A stretch of DNA of 64,000 bases from an uncultured Chitinophagales bacterium (GCA_964472755.1 CAYYMF010000004.1:3120-67119); one strand, 5' to 3'; positions 10,164 through 20,409 are shown, numbered from the stretch's first letter. The notes: a model not told the origin generated them from the sequence alone. Translations and numbers: made by a program.

Positions 10164-11543
10164 ATGGAGTTAGATAAAATTAAAAGCGTTTACTTTTTGG
10201 GGATTGGTGGAATTGGAATGTCTGCCTTAGCAAGATATTTTAATATCCTTGGCAAAAAAGTAAGTGGCTATGATAAAACTCCAACAGTATTAACGCATGA
10301 TTTAGAACAAGAAGGCATTGCAATTACTTATGATGATAGTGAAGAAACTTTAGATAAAAATGCAGACTTAGTTGTGCTTACACCGGCAATTCCAAAAGAT
10401 AGCAAACAATTGGCATATTATAATTCTTCTGATATTTTGGTATGGAAACGAGCAAAAGTATTAGGATTAATTGCTAATTCAGGATTTAATATTTCAATTG
10501 CTGGTTCACACGGAAAGACTTCTACTTCTACATTTACAGCACATTTACTCAAAACTGGCAATAAAGATATTGCAGCATTTTTAGGTGGAATTTCGATTAA
10601 TTATCAATCCAATTTTATTGAAGGCAGGACTTATATAGTTGCTGAAGCGGATGAGTTTGATAAGTCTTTTTTAAATCTTACTCCAGATATAGCACTTATT
10701 ACTTCAGTGGATACGGATCATTTGGATATTTATGGAAATTTAGACGCAATTAAGGCTTCTTTTAGTGCATTTTGTAAGCAAATTAGACCTAATGGAATTT
10801 GTATTTATAATAAACAAGTAGATACTAAAATACTTAATCCTGATGTCAAAAATTTGAGCTATAGTTTGTTGGATACTACTGCAGATTTTTATACTGAACA
10901 TCTTAGTGTAAATAATGGAACTTATATTTTTGATATTATTCATCCCAATGGGAAAATAGAAAATGTTATTTGCAATTATGGCGGCCAACACAATATTGAA
11001 AATGCATTAGGTGCAATTGCGATTGCTTTGCAAGTCGGTGTTGATATAGAAAAAATAAGAACAGCTATTGCAAGTTTTAGAGGTGTAAAAAGAAGATTTG
11101 AAACACATTTTAAAAATAATCGTTTTGTCTATATTGATGATTATGCCCATCACCCAAGAGAAATAGATGCCGCATTGGCTGCAACAAGAGAGTTATATCC
11201 AAATAGAAAAATAACAGCTATTTTTCAACCTCATTTATTTTCAAGAACTAGAGATTTATGTGATGAGTTTGCACAATCTCTTTCTAAAGTAGATGAACTG
11301 ATTTTATTAGATATTTATCCAGCTAGAGAGTTGCCAATAGAAGGTATTACGAGTAAAATTATATTAGATAAAGTTACGATTCCAAATAAGAAAATTATAC
11401 CTAGAGAAAGTTTATTGAATTATCTAGATAGTAATATAGAAAATATTGATGTAGTCATTACAATTGGTGCTGGAAATATTGACACAACGGTAGATTCAAT
11501 TACAGCATTATTAGAAAAAAATAGTAAAGAAGTTAATGAATAA
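10164..11543 (+). CDS. murC: UDP-MurNAc:L-Ala ligase MurC
   Basis: GIGGIGMS, GSHGKTST, EADEFD, DDYAHHP, FQPHLFSRT. Confidence 0.97.
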   Translation: MELDKIKSVYFLGIGGIGMSALARYFNILGKKVSGYDKTPTVLTHDLEQEGIAITYDDSEETLDKNADLVVLTPAIPKDSKQLAYYNSSDILVWKRAKVLGLIANSGFNISIAGSHGKTSTSTFTAHLLKTGNKDIAAFLGGISINYQSNFIEGRTYIVAEADEFDKSFLNLTPDIALITSVDTDHLDIYGNLDAIKASFSAFCKQIRPNGICIYNKQVDTKILNPDVKNLSYSLLDTTADFYTEHLSVNNGTYIFDIIHPNGKIENVICNYGGQHNIENALGAIAIALQVGVDIEKIRTAIASFRGVKRRFETHFKNNRFVYIDDYAHHPREIDAALAATRELYPNRKITAIFQPHLFSRTRDLCDEFAQSLSKVDELILLDIYPARELPIEGITSKIILDKVTIPNKKIIPRESLLNYLDSNIENIDVVITIGAGNIDTTVDSITALLEKNSKEVNE

Positions 11544-12300
11544 GCAGACCAAAAATATTATTATCCGTTTATCTGTATTGCTTTTTGTCATTGCATTCTT
11601 TGCCGTTTCATTGATTGCAAGAACAAGTGCTAATAATTTTAAAGTAACTGATATTACAATTCTCATTGACGAATTGGAAGATAATTTTATGATTTCAAAA
11701 GATGATGTTTATTATTTAATCACTAAAAATTTCAGTTTAAAAACACAAGCAATAGATAATAAAACATTGTTTGATATTGAACAAATGATTGATACAATTT
11801 CGTGTGTAGAATCAACACAAGCATACATTGATAAGGATAAAAAACTATGTGTTAGCATTAAGCAAAGAACGCCAATTGCTAGAGTGTTTAATCAATTTGG
11901 ACAGAATTTTTATATAGATAAATTTGGAATGAAGTTTATGCCAAAGCAAAATGAAACCATTAAAGTACCTATTGTTACTGGGACTATCACTGAAGTGCTT
12001 GGTGGAAATGATACCATAAAACAAAAATCATTAATTGAAACATTAAAAGTATGTCAGTATTTAATACAAGAAAATACTTGGTATAACTTAATTGGACAAA
12101 TAAATATTAATGAAAAAAAAGAAATTGAATTGATTCCAAGAATTGGAAATGCCCTTATTTTATTGGGGAATTCAAATGATTTAGAAGAAAAGTTCAATAA
12201 ACTCAATGTTTTTTATACAGAAGTTTTAGATAAAGTTGGATGGGAAAAATATAGAGTTATCAACATAATGTATAAAGATCAAGCAATTTGTTTTAAATAA
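11536..12300 (+). CDS. ftsQ: Cell division protein FtsQ/DivIB
   Basis: Single N-terminal TM, QRTPIAR and ELIPRIG motifs; between murC and ftsA. Confidence 0.85.
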   Translation: MNKQTKNIIIRLSVLLFVIAFFAVSLIARTSANNFKVTDITILIDELEDNFMISKDDVYYLITKNFSLKTQAIDNKTLFDIEQMIDTISCVESTQAYIDKDKKLCVSIKQRTPIARVFNQFGQNFYIDKFGMKFMPKQNETIKVPIVTGTITEVLGGNDTIKQKSLIETLKVCQYLIQENTWYNLIGQININEKKEIELIPRIGNALILLGNSNDLEEKFNKLNVFYTEVLDKVGWEKYRVINIMYKDQAICFK

Positions 12301-12311
12301 AATTCAGAAAT

Positions 12312-13754
12312 ATGCAGAATATATTATCATCAGAAATGAACGAAGAAAAAATTGATTCCGAAAAAATTGTATGTGCTATTGATATTGGAACATCAAAAGT
12401 TGCTGCATTAGTTGGAAAAAGAAATCAGTTTGGTAAAGTCGAAATCTTAGGCGTTGGATTAAGCCAATCTTTTGGTGTACAACGTGGGGCTGTTGTAAAT
12501 ATTACTAAAACTGTTGAATCTATCATTAAAGCAGTAAAGCAAGCAGAGGCAAGTTCTGGCTTTAAGTTTAAAAATGTGCATGTTGGCATTGCAGGACAGC
12601 ATATTAAAAGTATAAAGAATAGAAGTCAGGTAAATAGGGCAAATACAGATACTTGGATTACACATGAAGATGTTCGTTTGTTAAAAGAGGAATCTAATAA
12701 ATTGGCTTTGCCTCCAGGCGATAAAATTTTACATGTCTTACAACAAGAATTTATTATTGATAATGAGCCCAATATCCAAGATCCAGTTGGTATGATGGGC
12801 GTGAAATTAGAAGGTAATTTTCATATTATTACGGGTGGTATTTCTCATATAAAAAACATAGAGCGATGCGTTAATGCTGCGGGTCTTGAAGTTGCAAGTA
12901 TTCAATTAGAACCATTAGCTTCTGCTGATGCGGTCTTGTCTAAACAAGAATTAGAGGCTGGAGTTGCTTTGGTTGATATAGGTGGAGGAACAACTGATAT
13001 TGCAATTTTTGAGAATTTTATTATTCGTCATACAGCTGTTATTCCTTTAGGTGGAAATATAATTACTGAAGATTTAAGAGATTTTAAAATTCTTCGTGAA
13101 CAAGCAGAAAGATTAAAAGTTGAATTAGGTTCAGCAATTGCAACAGATGATTTAAAAGACCAACAAGTTCGTATCAAAGGCATTCAACCAGGTGCTCCAG
13201 GAATTGAATTAAATTTACAAAGTGTTGCTAAGGTAATTGGTGCGAGAATGATTGAGATTTTGGCAAATGTAGATCACCAAATTAGATTGTCAGGTTACGA
13301 TAAAAAATTAATTGGTGGAATCGTTTTAACTGGCGGTGGTTCTCAATTAAAACATTTAACACAATTAACAGAATTAGAAACTGCACAAATTGCAAGACTT
13401 GGTTATCCAAGAGAACATTTAGCTCCTTCAAAAATTAAGAATATAGATAATCCAATTTTTGCTACAGGTATAGGTTTATTAATCCGTGCATTTAAAATGT
13501 ATGATGAAGAACAATTGATTGCAAAAGAAAAAAGTTTGTTAGAGGTTAAAGTTGAAGATTCAATTGCACCAGTTAACATTGAAAAGCCGATTGAAATCAA
13601 AGTTGAAAAACCTAAGGAAGAAGAAACGCCTTTAAATATTGAAGATGAAACTCCTGAGTTGCCAAAACAACCTAAAAAACTATCTATTTTTTCAGTTTGG
13701 GGAGGAAAAATTGAAAAGTTTATGAAAAGTGATAATGACTTTTTAGATGTTTAA
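12312..13754 (+). CDS. ftsA: Cell division protein FtsA
   Basis: IDIGTSKV, VDIGGGTTD, VLTGGGSQL actin-fold motifs. Confidence 0.96.
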   Translation: MQNILSSEMNEEKIDSEKIVCAIDIGTSKVAALVGKRNQFGKVEILGVGLSQSFGVQRGAVVNITKTVESIIKAVKQAEASSGFKFKNVHVGIAGQHIKSIKNRSQVNRANTDTWITHEDVRLLKEESNKLALPPGDKILHVLQQEFIIDNEPNIQDPVGMMGVKLEGNFHIITGGISHIKNIERCVNAAGLEVASIQLEPLASADAVLSKQELEAGVALVDIGGGTTDIAIFENFIIRHTAVIPLGGNIITEDLRDFKILREQAERLKVELGSAIATDDLKDQQVRIKGIQPGAPGIELNLQSVAKVIGARMIEILANVDHQIRLSGYDKKLIGGIVLTGGGSQLKHLTQLTELETAQIARLGYPREHLAPSKIKNIDNPIFATGIGLLIRAFKMYDEEQLIAKEKSLLEVKVEDSIAPVNIEKPIEIKVEKPKEEETPLNIEDETPELPKQPKKLSIFSVWGGKIEKFMKSDNDFLDV

Positions 13755-13809
13755 TTAGTAAAAGTTTAGATAAATATAGATTAATAAATACAAAATAAAA
13801 TATACAATT

Positions 13810-15384
13810 ATGGAATTTGAAATATTCAACGAAAACAACTCAATCATCAAAGTACTAGGTGTTGGTGGTGGTGGCTGTAATGCAGTAAATCACATGTTTG
13901 CTGGTGGTATCCCTGGCGTAAATTTTGCGGTTTGTAATACAGATAATCAAGATTTGCAAAAAAGTCCAGTAGCTACAAAAATTCAATTAGGAAAAGACTT
14001 ATTGGAAGGATTAGGTGCTGGTGCAGACCCTGAAGAAGGCAGACGAGCAGCTTTAGAAGCTGAAGAAGAAATTAGAATGTATTTGTCTAATAATACAAAA
14101 ATGGTTTTTGTTACAGCAGGAATGGGTGGTGGAACTGGAACTGGTGCTGCACCTGTTATTGCAAAAATTGCTAAAGATTTAGGAATTCTTACAGTTGGTA
14201 TTGTTACTTCTCCATTTATGAATGAAGGTAAACCAAAAAGAGAAAAAGCGAATAGAGGTATTCAGAATATGAAAGAAAATGTAGATGCCTTGATTCTAAT
14301 TTCTAATAATAAATTGTATGAAATTTTTCCAGATTTAGATATTGATGAAGCTTTTGGTAAAGCAGATGATATTTTGACAACTGCTGCCAAAGGTGTTACA
14401 GAAATTATTACTAAACCAGGTAAAATCAACGTGGACTTTAATGATGTTAAAAGAGTGATGCAAAATAGTGGCGTTGCGATTATTGGTATTGGACACGGAA
14501 GCGGCGAAAATAGAGCCAAAGATGCGATTGACTCTGCTGTTAATTCACCGTTATTGGAAGAGCAAGATATCTACGGAGCAAAAGGTGTTGTATTGTATAT
14601 TAGCTATGGTTCTGATTTTAAAATGAAAGAGTTGGATATGATTATCCAAAAAGTACAAAACGAAACAGAAACAGATTGCGAAGTTATCTGGGGTGTTTGT
14701 AAAGATGAATCTTTAGGTGAAGATATTGCAATTACGTTAATTGCAACAGGATTTGAGTCTGGAGAATCGAATAAAGAAAGAAAAAAACAATTAGAGCAAG
14801 AACAACAAAGAAAAGTTCAAGAAGAGAAAAATAAAGTTGTACATACTTTATCAAATGTTTCAACAAATAAACTTCCTGATGTAAATAGGGAAGAACTAAC
14901 TACAAATTCGGTGAATACCGTTGAACTCGAATCACCAAAAAGTAATTCACATATTGAATTAGAAATTGAAAATTTTTCTACGCCAAATGCACCAAAGTCA
15001 GAAGATGAAGATTTTGAAATTAAGTTAGTTACAAAACCTCGTATTTCTATTGATGATGATTTTGTTTTGATAAATAAATCAAGCCAAACAGATTTATTTG
15101 AAGAAGATACTTTTGGCAATGACAATAGAAATCTTTTCTCCATGGAGGAACAAAGTTTAGAACGTGATTTAATAAAAAAGCGTATTGCAATGGAAATGCA
15201 GAAAAACGAAGTAAGTCTGCACGAAATGGAAAAACAGCCGGCATATAAGAGATACGGAATACATTTAGACCAACCAACATCAGCAGAAAAATCTGAAATT
15301 TCAAACTATGTAATTTACCAAAATGAAGTAAGTAAAAGTATCGAAATTAAGCCAAATGCGATGAAGGATATTACATTAGATTAA
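13810..15384 (+). CDS. ftsZ: Cell division protein FtsZ with long C-terminal linker
   Basis: GVGGGGCNAV, AGMGGGTGTG tubulin signature, NVDFND, C-terminal PAYKR. Confidence 0.98.
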   Translation: MEFEIFNENNSIIKVLGVGGGGCNAVNHMFAGGIPGVNFAVCNTDNQDLQKSPVATKIQLGKDLLEGLGAGADPEEGRRAALEAEEEIRMYLSNNTKMVFVTAGMGGGTGTGAAPVIAKIAKDLGILTVGIVTSPFMNEGKPKREKANRGIQNMKENVDALILISNNKLYEIFPDLDIDEAFGKADDILTTAAKGVTEIITKPGKINVDFNDVKRVMQNSGVAIIGIGHGSGENRAKDAIDSAVNSPLLEEQDIYGAKGVVLYISYGSDFKMKELDMIIQKVQNETETDCEVIWGVCKDESLGEDIAITLIATGFESGESNKERKKQLEQEQQRKVQEEKNKVVHTLSNVSTNKLPDVNREELTTNSVNTVELESPKSNSHIELEIENFSTPNAPKSEDEDFEIKLVTKPRISIDDDFVLINKSSQTDLFEEDTFGNDNRNLFSMEEQSLERDLIKKRIAMEMQKNEVSLHEMEKQPAYKRYGIHLDQPTSAEKSEISNYVIYQNEVSKSIEIKPNAMKDITLD

Positions 15385-15409
15385 ATACAATGTAATTGCT
15401 TAAAATTTG

Positions 15410-15435
15410 AGCGAACCCAAAAGGTTCGCTTTTTT
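15410..15435 (+). terminator. Intrinsic terminator after ftsZ
   Basis: AGCGAACC-caaaa-GGTTCGCT stem followed by T-run. Confidence 0.85.
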
Positions 15436-15473
15436 ATTTGAAAATTTATTTTTTTCGCTTACCTTGAACATCA

Positions 15474-16079
15474 ATGAACGATTTTTTTAGCAGTTTTTTT
15501 CAAGGAATGTATGCGACAAGCTATTGGGAATGGCAAGCCATAATTTGTGGTATTTTATATCTCTATTTTGCAATAAAGGGTAAGGTAATATGTTGGATTT
15601 TTGGATTTATTAATGCTGCAACTTATGTTTATGTTTGTGCTGATGCTAAATTATATTTAGATGCTATCTTACAAATATTTTATGTTTTAATGGCTATTGT
15701 TGGCTATCTGAATTGGAATAAAAAAGATACAACTCAAATTCATATATGGAATATAAAACAACATTTTTTTATAATTATATTGACAACAATTTATAGCTTA
15801 ATATTGGGTTTTGTTTTTAAAAAATATACACATCAAGCATCACCTTTTTTAGATGCATTTGCTACTTGCTTTAGTTTAGTAACTACTTATATGGTTGCTC
15901 GTAAAGTATTAGAAAACTGGATATATTGGATTGTAATTGATAGTGTTTTAGCTTACTTGTATTATACTAGAGGCCTAGAAATGTCAAGTGTTTTAATGAT
16001 AATCTATACATTTATGGCAATAAAAGGATTCTTAGAATGGAATAAAAATTATCGTGAACAATTAGCCCTAAAAGTATGA
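15474..16079 (+). CDS. pnuC: Nicotinamide riboside transporter PnuC family
   Basis: Multi-TM; PFLDAF, MVARKVLENWIYWIVID motifs. Confidence 0.88.
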   Translation: MNDFFSSFFQGMYATSYWEWQAIICGILYLYFAIKGKVICWIFGFINAATYVYVCADAKLYLDAILQIFYVLMAIVGYLNWNKKDTTQIHIWNIKQHFFIIILTTIYSLILGFVFKKYTHQASPFLDAFATCFSLVTTYMVARKVLENWIYWIVIDSVLAYLYYTRGLEMSSVLMIIYTFMAIKGFLEWNKNYREQLALKV

Positions 16080-16603
16080 TACGCATTGCAATAACAGGAC
16101 CAGAATCTACTGGAAAAACCACGCTTTCTGAAGCTCTTTCGATGCATTTTGATTGTAATTGGGTGCCCGAATTTGCTCGTTTATTTTTAGAAAATAAAAA
16201 TGGTGTCTATACAGCTGAGGATTTAGAGGTCATTGCAAAAGAGCAATTAAACGCTTGGCAAGCATATTCAAACGATGAACTATGTTTTTATGATACAGAA
16301 ATGTTAGTGATGAAAATTTGGTCATCTTTTAAGTATGGAAAAGTAAGTGATTTTATAGAACTAGCTTACCAAAATCAAAAGATTGATTTATTTTTATTAT
16401 GCAAACCCGATATCGAATGGGAAGCAGATGCATTGCGAGAGCATCCAGAAAAAAGAGAAGAATTATTTGAATTGTATTTTAATGCTTTGAGTGAAAATAA
16501 AATTCCCTTCGAAATTATTGAAGGGAATTATGAGGAGAGAATTCAAAACGCAATAAAATTGGTGGAGGATTTTCTGCAAAAATCCTCCACTAATTTATTT
16601 TAA
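16076..16603 (+). CDS. NadR-like P-loop kinase/ATPase (AAA_28)
   Basis: ITGPESTGKTT, VPEFAR, WEADALRE; overlaps pnuC stop (ATGA). Confidence 0.85.
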   Translation: MIRIAITGPESTGKTTLSEALSMHFDCNWVPEFARLFLENKNGVYTAEDLEVIAKEQLNAWQAYSNDELCFYDTEMLVMKIWSSFKYGKVSDFIELAYQNQKIDLFLLCKPDIEWEADALREHPEKREELFELYFNALSENKIPFEIIEGNYEERIQNAIKLVEDFLQKSSTNLF

Positions 16604-17796
16604 TCATCAGATGAACCAAATTTCATCTTGTTAATCCATATAATAACACCAGTGATTGGTAAACTAGTCGCTATTAAACAAACAATAAAATAAAGTATTT
16701 TTGAATATAAACCATAAGTAGTGCCAACATGTAATCCACGAATTTGTTTCATAATTCTTTCGCCCAATGACATGTCATTAAATAACTCTATTTTCTCAAT
16801 ATTTCCAGTTTCGGAATTGATGAATAATTTATCCGCTGCTTCAACATTAAATCTATCCTTATTGAATTTTGTTATTTCATAAGGACTACCATCTTGAGCA
16901 ATTTTACTAATTATTGTTTTACCTTGATAAACTAATTTTGCATTAGCAATAGCAATGGCTTTTTCATAAGAAATTGCTGGAATTATTAATGATTCTTGAG
17001 TTTCAATTGCTTTATCTTCTTTTTTATCTTTACCTTTTTCACCCTTATTTCCTCTGCCGCCACCAGGACCTCCTTTCTGTTCCATTTCTTTCCCTGTGAG
17101 CAATTTATACAGTCCGTTATTGTACCATTCATACGACCAAGTCAGTCCAGTTAATGTCATTATTAATAAGAAAATTAAACTATAGAATCCTAAAACATTA
17201 TGCAAATCATGATTAATTCGTTTCCATCTTGCACGCCACATAATTGTAAAACCTGGCTTAAAACTTCTCCAACTTCTAATTTTTTTAGGTAGCCAAATAA
17301 CAAATCCTGATAGGCATAAAAATAAAAAGATAAGTGTTGCTGCTCCAGTAATTGGTCTGCCTTTTTCTATGTCTAACAATAACCATCTGTGTAATTTAAA
17401 CATTGTAAAAAAGAATTCTGATGCTGGACCTTTTACATCACCAATTACTTTCCCAGTATATTGGTTCACCATAAAATTAGTACCTCTTCGGTCTTCTGCA
17501 TTTTGCTTTACATTGATTTCATAAGGTCTAGTGTTTTCTTCTGTATAGACTACCCTTGATACTTTTCCTTTTGTTTCTTTTTCTGTATTTGCAATTAATT
17601 TTTCAATAGGTATAATTTGCTGTTTAGCCTCGATATTATATTTATTAGGTTCTATCCATTCTTCAATTTCAGTTTTGAATACATATACTGTTCCCGTAAA
17701 GCAAATAACAAATAATACAATGCCACTTGCAACACCAAGCCATAAATGTAAATCTCCTATAAGTTTTCTAAAAGTATATTTTTCCTTTTTTTTCAT
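16600..17796 (-). CDS. PepSY-associated TM helix protein (probable ferric reductase partner of the TonB receptor)
   Basis: LHLWLG, LHRWL, DLHNVLGFY, TGLTWS, LHVG conserved His motifs. Confidence 0.9.
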   Translation of the reverse strand: MKKKEKYTFRKLIGDLHLWLGVASGIVLFVICFTGTVYVFKTEIEEWIEPNKYNIEAKQQIIPIEKLIANTEKETKGKVSRVVYTEENTRPYEINVKQNAEDRRGTNFMVNQYTGKVIGDVKGPASEFFFTMFKLHRWLLLDIEKGRPITGAATLIFLFLCLSGFVIWLPKKIRSWRSFKPGFTIMWRARWKRINHDLHNVLGFYSLIFLLIMTLTGLTWSYEWYNNGLYKLLTGKEMEQKGGPGGGRGNKGEKGKDKKEDKAIETQESLIIPAISYEKAIAIANAKLVYQGKTIISKIAQDGSPYEITKFNKDRFNVEAADKLFINSETGNIEKIELFNDMSLGERIMKQIRGLHVGTTYGLYSKILYFIVCLIATSLPITGVIIWINKMKFGSSDD

Positions 17797-17819
17797 AAAA
17801 TAATTTTTGCTTTAAATAA

Positions 17820-17849
17820 ACAGACATCTTCCTTGATGAAGATGCCTGT
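17820..17849 (-). terminator. Terminator-like hairpin between TonB receptor and PepSY gene
   Basis: Minus strand CAGGCATCTTC-atcaag-GAAGATGTCTG followed by TTTATTT. Confidence 0.65.
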
Positions 17850-17871
17850 CGTTTTGGATTGGATATGTTTT

Positions 17872-20301
17872 TTAAAATTTATAACTAATTGAAAGAGATG
17901 CGTTGATAGGTTCAGTTTGATTGATATAACCACCTCTGAAATACGAATTTAATCCTATTTTATTGGTTAGGTTATTCATATATAATCTTGCAGAAAATGC
18001 TTTGTAAGTATAACCAATTTGTGCATTCAAAGTTGTGTAAGCTGGCATATCAAAAGGTTTTTCTCCACCCATATTTCCGTGTCCATCAGGCGTTAAACTG
18101 TATTCATTTACTGGTCTTTTGCCTACATAATAAACACCTGCACTTAAACTCAAGCCTCTTAATGCTCCTTGACTAAATTGGTATTGTATCCAACCATTTG
18201 CAGTATGTGTAGGTGCATTCATTGGAGCAGAACCATTCACATAAGAAGGTGAATTTTTATAGCGTGCTTTTAAAAATGCATAACCTACCATAACAGTTAA
18301 ATCTTTAGTGATACGCCCATTTAATTCTGTTTCTATTCCATCTCTTAATAAATCACCAGCTTTGAAATAATATCCAGTGGTTACATTTGTTCCTTCAAGA
18401 TATTCTGAATTTGATAAATTTGCTGTATAGATATGAAAATAAGTTAAGTTGTAACGAAGTCTATCTTTAAACCAAGCAGTTTTTATTCCAGCTTCAAATT
18501 GTTGGGTTCTAGATGACCCAATTTCTTGTCCGTTACTCATTAAATTAGAAGCAGATCGTAAGCTTGTAGAGTTGGTATAAGAACCAAAAATATTTATACT
18601 TTCTGTTGGAGAGAGCATTAAACCAACACTTGGATTCCAAGCTGATTGTCTTTTTCCTTTTGTTCCTAATGGGTCTTTAGTGTAGATTTCTGAATAACGA
18701 ACGCCAATGAACAATTTTAAGTATTTATGTAATTCAATAATATCTTGTGCTAAGATACCGAAAGTATGGTAAGCAGAAACAACAGGTGTTTTAGGATTGA
18801 ATACAATATTTACACCTAGTTTCTCATTGCCCATATCATCATACTTAACTACTTTGCTTAAATCATTCGTAAAGTCTCCATAAATATCAATAGTATCAAT
18901 AGTTACTGCATCAAAAGATGTTGTAGTTGCATTGGCAGATCTATAATCGAAACCAGTTTGGATAGTATGTTTAAATGGACCAGTTTTTATATTTTGAGCA
19001 ATAAAATCAAATTGTAATGTTGAGTTTTTATCATCTCTCAAACTTTTAGTAACATCACGTTTTCTTAAATTAAAATCTTTATTTTTAAATGCTGCATTTG
19101 AAGTGGTCGAAATATTATCTACTTGATAAGACGAGAAACCATATGCTGCACGAATCATTAATTTATCATTGATGTTGTGGTCAAATCTTGCCATAAAGCT
19201 TGACATCTTGGTATTGTTATTATCAGTATTAAATCCTAAAAACTTATCTTTAGGTATAATGTAAAGTGCATTTTCTCCTTGTCCAGGTGCTAAGTTGATG
19301 GCATCATTTTTTGGTGTACGGTTGTCATTAAAATAATCGCCTTCAATTATAAAACTTGTTTTTTCTGATACTTTCCATGCAAAAGATGGATTGAAATAAA
19401 AACGATGTGCACTCGTTCCTTCTCTAAAAGTTTTGCCATATTCATATACACCATTGAAACGAATACCTATGTTTTTCTTTTGTGTTAATACTCTTTGAAT
19501 ATCAAATGAAGGACGAACTTGATGCCAGCTTCCATAACGAAGACTCACATTGCCTAAGTTTGTAAAGTTGGGTGTTTTGGTAACCACATTGATTACTCCA
19601 CCCGCATTTCCAATGTCTGTTATCACACCTTGAGTAATTGCTGCAGAACCTTTTATCATCTGAATAGATTCTACACCTTGCATATCCACAACACCTGATG
19701 CTGTCTGAAATTGTGAATCCATACGGATACCATTTTTCAAAACAGGAACACCTCTAAAACCTCTTGTGGACATAGATTCTTTTACACCGCCATAACTCCC
19801 GAATAAAGTTACGCCCGGAATATTACGAACTGCATCTGTAATAGTCAATGCACCTTGTGCTTCTATTACTTTATAAGAAATTACCGAAACGGTTTGAATA
19901 TTGTCATTTGGATTAATCGGCAAACGTGTAATCATTTCCAAACCTTTAGGTTTGTCATTACGCTCTCCAAAAATTTCTACATTATCTAAATTTAAAATTG
20001 TATCACTTGCTAATGTAACAGTTAAATCTTGTTCTTCTTCGTTCACATTAACAGTTGTGGTATAAGGTTGGTAGCCTGGACTTAAAACTTCTAATTGATA
20101 AGAACCATAAGGAATATTTGATAATAACGCAATGCCATCTTGATTAGCAACTGTGTCTCTGTCTGCATCAATTAAACTAGCTTGGAACAAGGCAATACCA
20201 TTTTTGTCCCCATCTATACTTTTGATTTTTAAGTCTGCTGTCTGTGCATGCACGAATCCATTTAGAGATAGTGCCACGAATAATAATTTTAAGCGATTCA
20301 T
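17872..20301 (-). CDS. TonB-dependent (siderophore-type) receptor
   Basis: Signal peptide, N-terminal carboxypeptidase-like domain, plug (RNIPGV, RGF, IKGS..GG.IN), beta-barrel, terminal YKF. Confidence 0.93.
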   Translation of the reverse strand: MNRLKLLFVALSLNGFVHAQTADLKIKSIDGDKNGIALFQASLIDADRDTVANQDGIALLSNIPYGSYQLEVLSPGYQPYTTTVNVNEEEQDLTVTLASDTILNLDNVEIFGERNDKPKGLEMITRLPINPNDNIQTVSVISYKVIEAQGALTITDAVRNIPGVTLFGSYGGVKESMSTRGFRGVPVLKNGIRMDSQFQTASGVVDMQGVESIQMIKGSAAITQGVITDIGNAGGVINVVTKTPNFTNLGNVSLRYGSWHQVRPSFDIQRVLTQKKNIGIRFNGVYEYGKTFREGTSAHRFYFNPSFAWKVSEKTSFIIEGDYFNDNRTPKNDAINLAPGQGENALYIIPKDKFLGFNTDNNNTKMSSFMARFDHNINDKLMIRAAYGFSSYQVDNISTTSNAAFKNKDFNLRKRDVTKSLRDDKNSTLQFDFIAQNIKTGPFKHTIQTGFDYRSANATTTSFDAVTIDTIDIYGDFTNDLSKVVKYDDMGNEKLGVNIVFNPKTPVVSAYHTFGILAQDIIELHKYLKLFIGVRYSEIYTKDPLGTKGKRQSAWNPSVGLMLSPTESINIFGSYTNSTSLRSASNLMSNGQEIGSSRTQQFEAGIKTAWFKDRLRYNLTYFHIYTANLSNSEYLEGTNVTTGYYFKAGDLLRDGIETELNGRITKDLTVMVGYAFLKARYKNSPSYVNGSAPMNAPTHTANGWIQYQFSQGALRGLSLSAGVYYVGKRPVNEYSLTPDGHGNMGGEKPFDMPAYTTLNAQIGYTYKAFSARLYMNNLTNKIGLNSYFRGGYINQTEPINASLSISYKF

Positions 20302-20308
20302 TTTGTTT

Positions 20309-20327
20309 ATTTAGACTAAGATTAAAT
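20309..20327 (-). promoter_or_regulatory. Fur-like palindromic box in 5' UTR of TonB receptor
   Basis: Minus strand ATTTAATCTTAGTCTAAAT; same motif recurs at 37297 and 60763. Confidence 0.6.
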
Positions 20328-20340
20328 AATAATAATGACG

Positions 20341-20371
20341 CAAAAGTAGATTGCTAATAGTCATTTTGCAA
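20341..20371 (-). promoter_or_regulatory. Housekeeping promoter of TonB receptor
   Basis: Minus strand TTG-N20-TACTTTTG matches the Bacteroidota -33/-7 consensus. Confidence 0.7.
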
Positions 20372-20409
20372 TACCTAAATTGGGTAATTTGATACCTAAA
20401 TTTGGGTAA
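20371..20409. promoter_or_regulatory. Tandem operator: two near-palindromic direct repeats 21 bp apart
   Basis: ATACCTAAATTGGGTAA (20371-20387) and ATACCTAAATTTGGGTAA (20392-20409), abutting the -33 element. Confidence 0.65.

Noticed and set aside
4678-15304. Short antisense or alternate-frame ORFs overlapping dcw genes (e.g. 4678-4950, 5182-5436, 6358-6699, 14817-15143)
   Set aside because: Fully overlap well-conserved genes and show no motifs; expected shadow ORFs. The same applies to similar 60-130 aa ORFs across the window.
15385-15473. TPP or other riboswitch upstream of pnuC
   Set aside because: Gap holds only the ftsZ terminator and a short AT-rich stretch; no aptamer
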